Both the position numbers and the translations under genes were made by a program. From positions 448,387-512,386 of the forward strand of contig JBFIJM010000001.1 in NCBI GenBank assembly GCA_041600715.1: DNA of 64,000 nucleotides, written 5' to 3'. A model generated the notes under the pieces. It had not been told where the DNA came from and ran no database searches. It worked only from the letters and a program-made list of their open reading frames with translations. Below, in pieces: positions 63,734 to 64,000 of the stretch (within the stretch, counting starts at the first letter, position 1; every line of letters begins with the position of its first letter). The stretch comes from Candidatus Saccharimonadales bacterium. GTDB lineage: Bacteria; Patescibacteriota; Saccharimonadia; Saccharimonadales; 2-12-FULL-41-12.

Positions 63734-64000
63734 TACGTTCTACTCCTGAGAGCTTGTTTAATGCGCTCTTCTGTCGAAAGAGTTTTATCTACTCCTTTAA
63801 GCGCACTCTGTGCATCAAACTCGTTATACCCAAGTGCTACCAGGCCATGCACAGCATCATCTGCAAGATCGATTGAGCCTCGGCTTACAATCCCCTCTGC
63901 ATCGACCGTACTTACTAAGCCAACCTTATCTCTAAGTTCAACAACCATCTGTTCTGCGGCTCGCTTACCAACACCTTTAGCCGACTGAAGCACTCTCACA
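63733..64000 (-). CDS. ruvA: Holliday junction DNA helicase RuvA, C-terminal part (gene continues beyond window end)
   Basis: HhH motif [22 protein letters not shown] and C-terminal domain III. Adjacent to ruvB. Confidence 0.85.
   Translation of the reverse strand, partial: VRVLQSAKGVGKRAAEQMVVELRDKVGLVSTVDAEGIVSRGSIDLADDAVHGLVALGYNEFDAQSALKGVDKTLSTEERIKQALRSRT

Noticed and set aside
1-64000. CRISPR arrays, rRNA genes, IS elements/transposases, integrases, reverse transcriptases (DGR/retron), recognisable defence systems
   Set aside because: No array-like spaced repeats were seen in any non-coding gap. The largest gaps are explained by tmRNA, tRNAs and the inserts above. None of the ORF products shows transposase, integrase, RT or nuclease-NTPase defence motifs that I can recognise.

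Overview
This is a gene-dense, roughly 43% GC bacterial chromosome segment. Most genes are short housekeeping genes on the minus strand, often with 1-8 nt start/stop overlaps. The content looks like a reduced-genome Patescibacteria/CPR organism, possibly Saccharibacteria-like, but that is inference only because no database search was possible. Supporting features are a Gram-positive-type type IV pilus locus without a secretin, LPXTG surface proteins, an archaeal-type pyruvoyl arginine decarboxylase, a truncated TsaB and a minimal MetRS.

Recognisable blocks:
- Partial F-type ATP synthase operon (atpF-H-A-G).
- tatD, metG and a 403-nt tmRNA.
- rsmA and pcrA.
- Glycolytic trio tpiA-pgk-pyk, then mpg.
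- Accessory surface-protein cluster (23.3-28.9 kb) followed by a histidine-kinase operon.
- Peptidoglycan genes: murD, murI, murB and an HTH-MurA fusion.
- folD and glyA.
- Seven tRNA genes: Glu, Arg-TCG, Lys, Gly, Arg-TCT, His, Pro. All encode CCA.
- ymdB, rny, tsaBE, recX, recA.
- An 8.8-kb pilB-pilC-pilin-pilMNO locus.
- ruvBA.

No rRNA, CRISPR array, transposase or integrase ORF was seen. TGA is a normal stop codon here.

The most unusual signal is non-coding. Downstream of four tRNA genes (Lys, Pro, Glu, Arg-TCT) there is a short insert of about 100-190 bp. Each insert has its own terminator hairpin followed by hairpin-rich sequence. Each ends in a second, exact to degenerate, copy of the tRNA 3' end, and at Lys and Pro that copy is followed by a second terminator. 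Some inserts at different tRNAs share sequence blocks, and one shared hairpin shows a compensatory base-pair change.

Other points of interest:
- Two tandem modules, each a TM-anchored protein gene followed by an LPXTG protein gene.
- An ATP synthase operon with no a/c subunit genes at the canonical position.
- A decayed SemiSWEET-like gene.
- A tmRNA with a non-canonical T-loop.
- An XRE-HTH::MurA fusion.
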